Source: Octopus vulgaris
Taxonomy: Eukaryota
Length of the DNA: 64,000 nt
Direction: 5' to 3'
Assembly: GCA_951406725.2 (NCBI GenBank)
Contig: OX597818.1
Span: forward strand, 110,174,001-110,238,000
The notes beneath the pieces were generated by a model. The model ran no database searches and was not told the origin of the DNA. It was given only the letters and a program-made list of their open reading frames with translations. Within the stretch, counting starts at the first letter, position 1. Every line of letters begins with the position of its first letter. The position numbers and the translations under genes were made by a program. Positions 27,693 through 40,093 of the stretch are shown one piece after another.

Positions 27693-29909
27693 CATGTATA
27701 TACAAATATACACATGTATATAATCATGCATATTGTGTGAGCATGCATATACATATATATATATAAATATACACACACCAATATATATATATACACATTT
27801 TCATATTCCTTTTACTAACAAATGAATGAACTCGATGCATAAAAGAGAGTATATATGTTTATATTAGTTGTGAAGTAAGCTTTATAACTAATAATAATCA
27901 TAATAATAATAATAATAATAAGAAGAAGAAGAATATGGTAGAGAAAGAGGGAGAGTTAGACAGAGGAACGGTGATAGAGAGATTGAAAGATGATTATACA
28001 TACACATATGCATGTAGATATATATATATATGTGGGGGGGGGCTGTGTGCCAATGTTTATAAATACATGTATATGTATACACATGAATAGATATGGATGT
28101 ACAAACAGTTATACATATGCATGTGTGTATACATATGTATATGTATATACATACGTGTATACGTGTGTATAATATATGTATGTATGTATTTGTGTATGTA
28201 TGTAGACAATTGGCAGGTGTAAAATTCGCTATCAATTGAAGGCAGTGATTTAATAGAAGTTAGTGTGTCAGTTTGTTTATGTGTTCGTGCGAATTCGCTG
28301 GTTGGTCGGCATGTTTTGGGAACAGCATAGGAAGGCGGACAAGTCTAATTTGACCGACAGGTAGAATGGATGAAGAGAAACAGCAATTAATCAGGTAAGA
28401 ACATTTGTTCGTGAAATTTTGATTAATTTGTGAAAAAGAATTGTTTCTTTTACTGACGTCAGAGTACAGACTTATGAGTGAAATATTTAATGCATTTAAT
28501 TAAGTTAATTATCATATTGTTCCGGTGGGTGGTGTAGGGTTTAGTGCGCGGTATAGAAGAGTTATAATGGATATGAGTTTGTTGTTATGTATTGTAGGTG
28601 GACAATGGAATAGGCCGTCTAGTGTCTCCTGGTAGGAATTAGTGTTAAGAGAAGAGAGAAAAGCATTAAACGGGAAAATATTATGTCGCCAATTTATGTA
28701 TGCATGTTCGTTAGAATTGCACCTGTGTGTGCATATATATGTGTGTAGTTAAGTACACACACACAGGAGCTTAACACATGCAAACACACATATGCGTGCA
28801 ATGGATAAAAACATGTAACAAATATAAAACAAGACTCTAGCATTCGACAGCTATTTTGCTAAGGAATCTGGTAGTTTCAACGCGGTGAGATAGACCTGCT
28901 GCTTCAGTAGCGACTTAGGAGATGCAACAAAGGAGAAGCAAAGACACGGGAAGTAGTGTAAAAACTAGTAACCACAACAAAAACAAAGATTAAAAAACAA
29001 TGTGTCCTCTTACAGTGAAGTCAAATAAAAGAACTATTTTTGGCTTGTATAAAGCATTTATGAATCATGTTAAAAATACGATGAAACAAAGCCCCAAATA
29101 ATAGAGCATCAAGTACGATGTGGAAGTAAAAACACGATTAATGTTTACGCGACCCTCTTTAGAAATAAAGATGATAGATGTATGCAAATTCTCGGTTGAA
29201 GAATTAAAACAAATGAGAGAGATTTGTGGTCAGAGCAGAAGGAGGAATTGATAAAATAATGTTGGAAGTGAGTTCGAAATCTATGCAGATTGTGTGGGCA
29301 TAATAAAGAAGAAAATACGAAGAAGAACAGGGAAAAAGACGCAGAGAGAAAAAAGAGAAGACAAAAAGACAAAGAATCAGTGAGTGAAAGAACGTGTCAA
29401 TGCATTACGGTCGTTTCTAACGACTCCTTTAATTGATTGACGGAAACGTTACATCGTTGTAAAGAAAGCGGTTTCATCAGATGCATTCATGAACTTCAAA
29501 ATAAAGGACATTCGAAATGATTTAACATAGTTTAAAACCCATGCAGCAAAAAAACATTTACAGTGATTCTGCTATTATTTCATTTGGCAGAATTCTGTCA
29601 ACCACTAATAATGCATAAATTGAATATGCAACAATATGCGATCAGTACGATCGAAACACGTGTCGGAGAAATATTATGAAGAAGCCATCTGGAAATGAAC
29701 ATAAAGTTTGAATGTTCAGATTCTTCATTCTCCTTGTTATCAATATATATCGGTCCACAACACGGTAGGAGGAACAAAGAAGAGGAGCTCCTTCCAATTC
29801 ACTTCTTCACCAAAAACAATACTAAAAGGAGACCCCAAAACACCGGAAGGCGGTGTTTCAGCATGGCCCCATAAAGGGATAAAAGGATATATATATTTAT
29901 GAAGATTCA

Positions 29910-29947
<38 letters not shown>

Positions 29948-30004
29948 GTAAAAAGTAAAAAAGAGTCAAAAGGAAGAGTAAGACTGGTTAGCAGCTTTTT
30001 AATG

Positions 30005-30132
30005 ATCCCTACAAATGCTTCGATATATACAGATCCACGTATATGCAGGATTTAAATTTCAATTCAAATTTAAATTAAATTATGTAAGAATTTACCTGCA
30101 TAAGAAGATCCATATGTATCTCCTCAGGCGAT
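30005..30132 (-). ncRNA. Inverted, mutated twin of the 30205 hammerhead
   Basis: Minus strand ATCGC-CTGAGGA-GATACATATGGATC...ATATC-GAAGC-ATTT-GTA-GGGAT; GAAA is mutated to GAAG. Confidence 0.65.
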
Positions 30133-30204
30133 ATTTATTTTCAAAGGAGTCATGGATGTCGTAGCATGGAAATCTAGATTTACTTATGGAGACAGCAATT
30201 AAAT

Positions 30205-30320
30205 ATCGCCTGAGGAGATCTATATGGATCTTGTTATACAGGTAAATTGTTACATAACGTAATTTAAATTTAAATCCTGTATATACGTGGATCTGTATGT
30301 ATCGAAACATTTGTAGTGAT
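30205..30320 (+). ncRNA. Type-I hammerhead ribozyme with very long stem II
   Basis: ATCGC-CTGAGGA-[GATCTATATGGATC..TATACAGG...CCTGTATA..GATCTGTATGTATC]-GAAAC-ATTT-GTA-GTGAT. Stem I ATCGC/GTGAT, predicted cut after A30315. Confidence 0.8.
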
Positions 30321-30977
30321 TATTAAAAAGCTGCCTAACCGTTCTTACTCTTCCTTTCGACTCTTACTTTTTACTTTTTATTTTCACACACGAGGAATAA
30401 CTAAGCCTAGAATTGGTAGCATACCATAATAATACTACCGACTATTTGGGAATTCTAAGAGTGAACGAGCTCTATTTTTCCCTAGTACGTTCTTAACGGA
30501 ACACACCTCAACTGACTATATACCATATATATATTATATATACTTCCAATATAAGGATAAAAATTTATTAAAAAATTTTATCAGTGACCAGCATATAAAA
30601 ATACCTCGTAAGGCGAAAATTATACAATTATAAATAAGGGCAAAATGAAAAAAAGATTGTTTGCCAATATTCTGAAAACTAGACTCTATATCGTCTAAGC
30701 ACAAAGTATTTTCACATAGAGAGAGAGAGAGAGAGAAACTACACGGGGAAAAGATATGGGGAAAGTAAGGACAAAAAAAGCGAAAATGCACATTGAATAT
30801 AAAAAAATAAAGGCTTTTTTATGAAAAGTAGCAATAAATAAATACAATTAGATGAACTGAGGTAGAATTAAGAGGAATTAAATTCATTATTTTGATTGTT
30901 AAAGAGATTCAAAGTCAAACCGGTATCGCCATTGCTGTTTACTATATATATAAATATATATATATATTTATAAAGAC

Positions 30978-31013
<36 letters not shown>

Positions 31014-32481
31014 GATTAGATGAATACATGCAGATGTAAGTCTGGATATATAAATCAATCACGAAAACGTTTGCTGTCAATGAAAATGTTATTCTACAAA
31101 TCCCTCTTTCCTTCAGACGTAGAGATAGGTAGTATATTATATACATACTCAAACACACATGCGCACACTCACGCACACACACACACGTATATGCACATAA
31201 ATAAAAAAATACTTTATCAAATTATAAGCGGAGACGGGGTAAAGCAACAAACACAATGCGTTATGTTGACACTCATGAATTGGTAAAGAGAAGGAAATAT
31301 CTCTGCGCTTCACGTGCACACTCTTCTGCAAGAATGCATGGACAAGGAGAAAGAAAATGGAGAAAAAGAAACGCACTTGTATACAATCAACGCCGTATGT
31401 GTGTATGTGTTTGCACATGCATGCACAAGTGTGTGTGCATTTTGGCAACAAAGTGAATAGCTTTACATTCAATAAAAGCAATATAAGTTTATGTGGTGAT
31501 GCGTACAATAAAATAGGCTTATGTATAAAAAAAAAATTAATGAAGGGATAGATAAAGGATTGAGTGATAGAATGAATGAATGAATGAATAAATGAATGAA
31601 TGAAGAATGTAGGTGAGAGGTATTTAGATTAACGAACAGAGATAGATGTTCAAAAAACACATGATGGAGAAATGGAAGTGTTGGGCGGGGAGGAGGATGT
31701 CACAGAAAAATCTCGAAATCATTTCTTATATACAACACAAGCTTCAGAGATTTCAGATATTTTCAAAAGACGACACTTATTAGATCTGCTACTAAGAGTA
31801 ATCAAGTAATGAAGCCAAGTACGTGTGAGTGTGTGTGTATGAACACACACATATGTGTGTGTGTGTGTCTGTGCGAGTGTGTGTGTGCGTGTGTGTCTGT
31901 ATGTGTGTGTGTTTGTCTGTGCGCGTGCGTATGGTGTATGTATGAGTCCTGGTTGTTTGTTTTTCTCTACAAAGTAGAAAGTTGCATTTTGGAAGTCATT
32001 TTAACGAGGTTTTTTTTATATATATATGAGAGCAGTTTACTGAACACATGGCGATTCCTACTTAGTCACATTCTGAACCAAAGAATTGGCAATTAACTTA
32101 CATTTATAAATACAACCCAATTTTCGAGAAGGAGGCCGACCTGATTTTGAACATATTTAAAAATTGTAAATGTTGACCGAGTTTTACCAAAACGGGGTGA
32201 CGGGGTCGAAACTACAAATGCTATCATTTTGCCAATGTTGAAGAAGCCATTCCGATGTCGTAATTTGATGTTCTTCATCCTGAGTGGAATCCAACAAAAC
32301 ACATCACACCATAAAATAAGTGATCCATCAAAGTTACCCCTTGCTCACCCAAATATTGGATCAGGGAAAATTTAAAAGCTACACAAACCTCAGCTGGTTA
32401 TCTCCTATTCTGCCAAATCGGCCAACGTAGGAAATATAAAAGAAGAACATCGCTTTCTTCTCCAGTAATATAAACATTTGG

Positions 32482-33212
32482 GAAGGCGGTGAGCTTAGCG
32501 GTATTTCGTCTGTCGTTACGTTCTGAGTTCAAATTCCGCCGAGGTCGATTTTGCCTTTCATCCTTTCGGGGTCGATTAAATAAGTACCAGTTACGCACTG
32601 GGGTCGATATAATCGACTTAATCCGTTTGTCTGTCCTTGTTTGTCCTCTCTGTGGGTAGTAAAGAAATAGGTATTTCGTCTGCCGTTACGTTCTGAGTTC
32701 AAATTCCACCGATGTCGACTTTGCCTTTCATCCTTCCGGGGTCGATAAATTAAGTACCACTTACACACTGGGGTCGATGTAATCGACTTAGTCCCTTTTT
32801 CTGTCCTTGTTTGTCACCTCTAGGTTTAGCACCTTGTGGGCAATAAAGAAATAAGAAACGTTAGCACGCCGAGCGAAATGCTTAACTATGTTCTAAGTTC
32901 AAATTCCGCCGAGGTCGACTTTGCTTTCATCCCTCCGGGGTCGATAAATTAAGTATCAGGTGCATATTGGTGACGATGTAATCGACTGATCCCCTTTCCC
33001 CCTAAATTTCGGGCCTTGTGCCTAGAGTAGAAACAAATGCTTCACGGTTTTCGTCTGTCTTTACGTTCCGAATTCAAATTCCGCCTAGGTCGACTTTGAC
33101 TTTTATACTTGCGGGGTCGATAAATTAAGTACCAGTTGCATACTGGGGTCGATGTAATCGACTGGCCTCCTCCACAAAAATTTCAGGCCTTGTGTCTGGA
33201 TTAGAAAAGAAT
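32482..33212 (+). mobile_element. SINE family B tandem tetramer
   Basis: Four Meta-like cores in tandem. Confidence 0.88.
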
Positions 33213-34026
33213 ATAAGCGTTTGTGGTTGCATATATCTGGCTTAAAGGAGAACCACTTATTCACATCACACATGCTTGTATATTCCGACTATTTCGTTCA
33301 GAAAAAAAATGCGTATGAAATAACAGGGCAAAATATATGGTTTTCCTTATGGGAGCGGTATTTATTTTTTGTTGACATACTCTAATGTTTAAACGGGGAG
33401 AAAGGACCAAACACAAGTATAGCAATCGGAAACATGAAGCTGTATAATTCTAGAGTTACTTTATTCTCAATGTTCTGGAGAAATTCCATGATAAAGCTAC
33501 TAAAAGGAGGTAATGGGAGGGAAGAGCACTGCAATGAGAAATCGGTATTTCGTTCGTGTGGGAGTTTAATGTATTTGAATAGCTATCAGCGTCTGATCGC
33601 ATTGAAAGTGACAGAGAAAACGCAGCGTTATAGAGTGGATGTGTGCGTATGAAACGGATTAAATTCATTTCTGCTTGCATTGTTACAGTTTCATCGCTGT
33701 GGAGCAGAACGTTAGAACGTCATCATTAAAAAAGGAAAAACCGGAATTTTGTAGAACATATGCAAATATCAGTAAGCGAAATAAATTGTGGATCGGGTTG
33801 TGTGGTGAAATCTCCCCTTGCGTTTAGAATTTGAGCGAATATCGAGTAAATTAGAGAAGAGAGCCACTTTATATTAGAGGTTGTAATTAAGGTGGATTTA
33901 TTAGAGTGATTATTCTAAGTTCTCGCGGTGGAATTAAAGTTTGCAGAAGACACAAGATTAAAGTCTTAAGAGTACAAATTCAGAATCGAAGAAAATGGGA
34001 ATATAAAATACACGAGGAACATAACA

Positions 34027-34062
<36 letters not shown>

Positions 34063-34066
34063 CAAC

Positions 34067-34185
<119 letters not shown>

Positions 34186-34561
34186 AATTATTGTATACAT
34201 TGCTCAGGTGCACAAGGTACTGCACGAGTGGAAATATATAAGAAAGAAGGTTTGAAAATGCAATTTTAAAGATGTTTATTCACTTGACCGGTTTCAGTCT
34301 TTTAGAAAATGATTGTCAAAAGTAAAATGTAAAGCTTTGTATAAGCTTTGTTGTGTTAAGTACTGGTTGTCACAAAATATTACAATACATATATATACAT
34401 TCTTTAGTAATAATAAGAAAATGTTAAAAACAGTTTAAAAGAAAGTATTTAAGAAAGTAATCAAAACGGGACTTCAAATACTTTTATGTATTGTATGTAT
34501 GTTTGTGTGTGTGTATATATATGTTTGTGTATGTATGTATGTATATGTACGTATATATATG

Positions 34562-34632
<71 letters not shown>

Positions 34633-34635
<3 letters not shown>

Positions 34636-34979
34636 AGATAATGGTGTCATTGAGACCCAAAGGTGTCAGGTAGTGCTGAATATGTGCTATAGTCAGAACA
34701 TAGTTAAGTTCCAGATTCGGTAATATTGCGAATAAAGGTTTCAACATCGGTTCTATGTCAGCGTGTGCATATAAGAATTTTTTGCGTAATAAGATAAAAA
34801 ACCAAGGCCGTATATATATTAGAGCATTTATAGATAAAAGGTATTACAGCTGTTTCTAAGATATTAATTAATAATATCCCTTCATCGGAAACAGCTGTAA
34901 GACCTTCTATCTATAAATGCTCTAATATATATATGGCCCGGATTTTTTTTATCTTATTACGCAAAAGATTCTCATATAC

Positions 34980-34980
<1 letters not shown>
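34633..34980 (-). mobile_element. Fold-back Penelope-like cassette with truncated hammerhead
   Basis: Inverted arms ~34768-34856 / 34888-34978 with GAAACAGCTGTA. The minus strand has GATGA-AGGGATATT..AATATCTTA-GAAAC-AGCT-GTA, cut by the inversion junction. TA tracts on both sides. Confidence 0.7.
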
Positions 34981-35065
<85 letters not shown>

Positions 35066-36557
35066 GTGTGTCTGTGTGTATGTACGTATATATATGCACA
35101 TACACAAATATATATATATATGTATGTTTGTATATGTGTGTGGGGGTGTGTACATATATGAATACACACACATACGCACATATATATATATATGTATACG
35201 CGCGCACACACACACACGCACACAAACGCATAAAAGATATTTTAATGTTTATCAACATGACTCTCTAACATTATTTTAATCGATATTTTTGTCTGCAGTT
35301 TACAGAACGAGCATATGGCGGTGGAGTGTGGCGTGGGGGAATCATACAAAACAAAAAAATAACAAAATTTACCAATCCTACAGACATCTCTAATTTATTT
35401 GAAACAAAAAGACACCAAAAAAAAAACCCAATATGATTATCCCATTTTTATTTCGAAACCCTTAACCTGAGATCTCATAGTTAATATTTAATCAAATAAA
35501 CCCGGGTCCATCAACTCCTCTCAGAGTATTTGGAATGTATCAATTCACACTCTACAGCCTTGGGTTAATCGTGGCCAACCCAAATGAAACATGGTATCAC
35601 TACTGGCTAGAAACTGGCCTTTTATACTGCCATTGTTTTATCGTTGACTGGTTCCAGCCCATGCTGGTGCACCACCTGTAGAAGTGATGCACTCTGTGGA
35701 AGTCGTGTCAGAATTAATCAAGGATTCCTTACATGTTTAAGATTGTAGTTTGAGAGAGACCGGGAGGTGTTATTTCTAGCATGTTACACGTCCAAAGGCG
35801 AACCTCCTCATTGGTCTGAAATATATTTGTGTGTGTGTGTGTGTGGGGGTGAGTTGTGTGTATGTATGTGCATGTGTGTGTGCATGTACATGAATGTGTA
35901 TGTGAGTATGTGTGTTTGTATGCGAGTGTGTGTATGTGAGTGAGTGTGTGTGGGATTGTGTGTGAGGTTGTGTGGTGTGTGTGTGTGCGTACATGTGTGT
36001 ATGTGTTTGTATTTGTGTGTGTGAGGGTGATTGTGTGTGAACGGCTATGCGTATGCGTCTGTGTATTTTCCTCTTTCTGGAATTAATTAGACCAGACAAA
36101 CTGAGCAGCCCAGGGGAATCATCTTCGGTAAGAGGTTGCTTATTCTACGACATTTCCCTTCTCTTGATCATCCCCCACCCTTTCGTTTTCAGAACGGGTA
36201 ATTGAACCATCGTACTAAGTATTGATATAAAAATATACACATTTAGGCGCAAGAGTGGCTGTGTGGTAAGAAGCTTACTTTTCAACCACATAGTTCTGGG
36301 TTCAGTCCCACTGCGTGGCACCTTGGACAAGTGTTTTCTTTTATAGCCTCGGACAGACCAAAGCCTCGTGAGAGGATTTGGTAGACGGAAACTGAAAGAA
36401 GCACATACTCGTTTTCTTAATTTATTTATTTATTTCTTATCTTCCTCTTTTTCTTTTTTCTTCTTCTCCTCATCCCATCTCTCTCTCTCTCTATCTATCT
36501 ATATTTGTTTGTCTCTCTATGCCCCCTCTCTATCTGCCTGCCTGGCTCTTTATCCAC

Positions 36558-36618
<61 letters not shown>

Positions 36619-37229
36619 CTTTCATATTCCTTTCAACACTGGTGTTTGCCTCTTATTCTCACTGTATTTCCTCTTCTTTTGTCCTTCTCTCATTCACATC
36701 ACATTTTTTGCTTCCGTCTCCCTACTCTCCCTCTCCCCCTCTCTCTGTCTCTCTTCCTCGTATTCATGTAGATGTTTGACAAACAGATTATAAGCTGATA
36801 TTATCCGGAATCAACCGAGCTAATCCTTTTCCCAGTTGTAAGCAGACAATGACTTTCGAAAGAAGAAACGCTAATTGCTTCGAATCGTATCACGTTTGCT
36901 TAATGACGTTATCAACCTCCATTCTCTTCACGAAGATGCCGTGTAAAGTCAGAATCGAAGGTAAAGTATCTTATTAAAATCATTTTTAAAGTATTCATTT
37001 CTTTTGTATTACCAGCAAAATAATATTTAACTAGTCATCAATTCTTTAAACTAGAAAGACAGCTTTCTAAAGAGGAAACTGGGATTGTTTAGTTCCTTGT
37101 CAGTCTTTGGTGTTGACGTTACCAATCGTCGTTTTCTTTCCGAAGAAGCCATCTAATATTTAAACAGTATGCAACAGTACCTTACTAAATTCATTGAAAA
37201 ACATTGAGAAATCTAATCAAATTATCAAT

Positions 37230-38140
37230 ATTAAATACTTTAAGATACTTGTAACTGCATATTGAGAACTATGTCACTATTTCTCAATGTTTTCACACGT
37301 TACCGAACGCTTCGAGAAGCAGTAGAGAACATACGCAATATTTGGAGGTATTTTCTTCCATTCATTCTTTACAGTTCACTGCAGGAATATCAAATATACA
37401 TTAATAGGGATCGAACGTTCAGTGGTAATATTGAATTGGCTGCCATCAATGATTTGTACAATGTAGCAGACGAGAATCATCGCAAAAAATGGATGATAAA
37501 ATTATTCTTCCTCAGTTCACCATTTGCAGTCGAGCGCTTACGGAAAGGAAAGTAATTGTTTCTCTAGTGAGGTCAAACAAACAACAAGCCAGATGATGCT
37601 CTCTTTTCTAGAAACAATCACGAGCAGAAGAGAAATGTTGATGCGAATGAAACACCACAAGACAGCAAAAAAAAGATCGAAAAGATTCGAAAAGAATGAG
37701 AATTCCAAAAAATATAAACGCATAATGATAAGAAAATATTAGATGAAAGCGAAAGGGATATAAAAATATAAAACATATAATTGCAAATGTGAGGGAAAAT
37801 GAGAGAAGGACAAGAGAAGAAGATGGTAAAAACATAGAAATAAAACTGAAGAGAAAGAAGGAAAAAGTGTACAGAGAGAAAAAGCAAGCAGAAGAGGTTA
37901 GGAAATAAGATTGCAGAAAAAGGAGAGAGAGAGAGAAATGAATAAATGGAGTAAAGTAAAAAAAAAATGGAGTAAAGGAGAGTTTTGCAGAGACAATCTG
38001 TAGGAACGGAACGAATGATAGCAATAATAGGGTTTGGCGCCTAATTATGATCCAAATAATAATTGTACATCAGAAAAAATTGCATCTCTGTGTTCTGTAT
38101 ACAAAATATGTGATTACTGTGGTGCTAGAACGCGAGACAA
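37230..38140 (+). mobile_element. Decayed Helitron 5' coding remnant with OTU protease domain
   Basis: DTCNCILRTMS..LREAVENIRNIW..F..FI..EY..YI.RD.TFSGNIELAAI.DLYNV (OTU-like), then a charged K/E/R tract, then YDP..KICDYCGA (Helitron N-terminal Zn motif). Confidence 0.65.
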
Positions 38141-38538
38141 GGTGTTGACAGAATGGAATGCAAATATGTTGAACGGAGTTTCAACTCCATTCTGTCAACA
38201 TCTCAAATGTAAAATTCTTCCTTAAAGACAGAGGCTGGTGTTATCCGATGATGGAATCAATTTACAATCATTATTTTGGACCACCAAGCCCCCAGAAACA
38301 ATTGTTGGACGCGGAAAAACCTTACTCAACCCCTTTAATTCCTGATATCATTTATATTCCATGCAAGTCCGACATTTTTATATGTATACATATGTACATT
38401 TTTTGTATTAAATGTAATTAATATTTTTTGTATATCGATTTACCTTACTTGCATATCCTTACATTTACTCCCCTACCTGCCCAAGTTCAAATCTCCTGAG
38501 CGTTACGAAGTATATTCTATACAAAGAATACCTGTCTC

Positions 38539-38616
<78 letters not shown>

Positions 38617-38622
<6 letters not shown>

Positions 38623-38935
38623 ATATGTTACAATTACTCAATAGTCAAGATAAAACTTTGAGTTTCAGATGCCGAAGTGGAAATCCACAACACCATCTCT
38701 TCGGTTATCTGGCCATCTGAAAAAACGCTATGAAGAAATACCGTTATATAAAGGGAAATTACTGTGTTATAATTATATAAAATAAAATAAGATTAAAATT
38801 TCATAGTAAACACGTAAAACATGGCTAGTCATACGCTTACATTGAGTAATTGTAACATATTATTTTATAGATAAATTTCCTCTATTTACATAATATTGAG
38901 GTCTCTTTCTTTCTTTTGTTATCTTACCGTTTTTA

Positions 38936-38940
<5 letters not shown>
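38617..38940. mobile_element. Penelope-like cassette between TA tracts
   Basis: 26-bp perfect inverted repeat AAAATAATATGTTACAATTACTCAAT (38617-38642 / 38841-38866) plus a hammerhead-like motif. Confidence 0.6.
38648..38710 (-). ncRNA. Hammerhead-like variant (U4C core)
   Basis: Minus strand AGATAA-CCGAAGA-GATG..GTGGA tt TCCAC..CATC-t-GAAAC-tcaaa-GTT-TTATCT; 6-bp stem I. Confidence 0.55.
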
Positions 38941-38990
<50 letters not shown>

Positions 38991-39074
38991 AATGACTATA
39001 GCTAAAACTCATTTGTTCATAAATCTACCTGGCCAATGCAAATAACTAAAGAAAGAAAACAACAAAAAACAACA

Positions 39075-39132
<58 letters not shown>

Positions 39133-39621
39133 TACTCTAAAAATACCCACAAAAACAACAAAACCAGCGAATAACTTCACAAAACCATGACACACTAACA
39201 ACATATTGTTGTTATTGATTTTTACGTCGACACTTTCTTTCAAACATAATTACTGATATAAAACAGAAACCTAATTAAATACATAAATAAAATTGTAAAA
39301 CATTTCTGCTGTTGTTACAAGAGTTTTCAATATTGTTATCGTTTCTTAATTCTACTTTCTGCTGTCATTGTTCTCTGCTTGTCATCCCCATTAACCTTCA
39401 TTTTCTTATAATCAAATAATTTGAATGGTCTGAACTTCTCAGCTTCAATTTTTCAGACAAATTTTTTCTTAATTTGTTGTTTTTTATAATTTTTTCTGCA
39501 AAAAAACAAGAACCGAATCTTTTGTTTTAAAATCAACATTTTTGCTTATATTGCCACAAATCACCAGCTTATATTTTTTATACGTGTATGTATGCGTTTA
39601 TGTGTACACATACATACACAT

Positions 39622-40093
39622 ATTCTTTTCTGCTCGTGTCACAAGGCCCGAAATTTTTGGGGAGGGACCCAGTCGATTTGATCGACCCCAGTGTGCAACC
39701 GGTACTTAATTTATAGGCTCCGAAAGGATGAAAGGCAAAATCAACCTCGACGGAATTTGAACTCATAACGTAAAGACAGAGGAAATACCTATTTCTTTAC
39801 TACCCACAATGGACTAAACACAGAGGGGACAAACAAGGACAGACAAACGGATTAAATCGATTATATCGACCCCAGTGCATAACTGGTACTTATTTAATCG
39901 ACCCCGAAAGGATGAAAGGCTAAGTCGACCTTGGCGGAATTTGAACTTACAACGTAATGGCAGACGAAATACCTATTTCTTTACTACCCGCAAGGGGCTA
40001 AATACAGAGGGGACAAACAAGGACAGACAAACGGATTAAGTCGATTATATCGATCCCAGTGCGTGACTGGTACTTATTTTATCGACCCCGAAA
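39622..40093 (-). mobile_element. SINE family B multimer, 5'-truncated
   Basis: Tandem units with the same junction. Confidence 0.85.

Larger units (their letters stand above)
29944..30527 (+). mobile_element. Fold-back Penelope-like pLTR cassette between TA tracts
   Basis: ~190-bp inverted arms 29944-30137 / 30200-30386, each holding a hammerhead motif, then ~140 bp unique extension ending at TA repeat. Confidence 0.75.

Noticed and set aside
29639-29668. GATC-agtac-GATC-GAAAC-ACGT-GTC (similar at 17920)
   Set aside because: It looks like a hammerhead 3' half but has no upstream CUGANGA or stem I; it could be an E-box context or chance.
34882-34888. Apparent third CCGANGA variant
   Set aside because: The CC lies at the inversion junction, so it is not counted as a U4C core.
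36772-36960. Possible exon (pyrimidine tract-AG ... AAG|GTAAAG)
   Set aside because: Stops occur in all three frames, the pyrimidine tract is a CT microsatellite, and there is no supporting partner exon.
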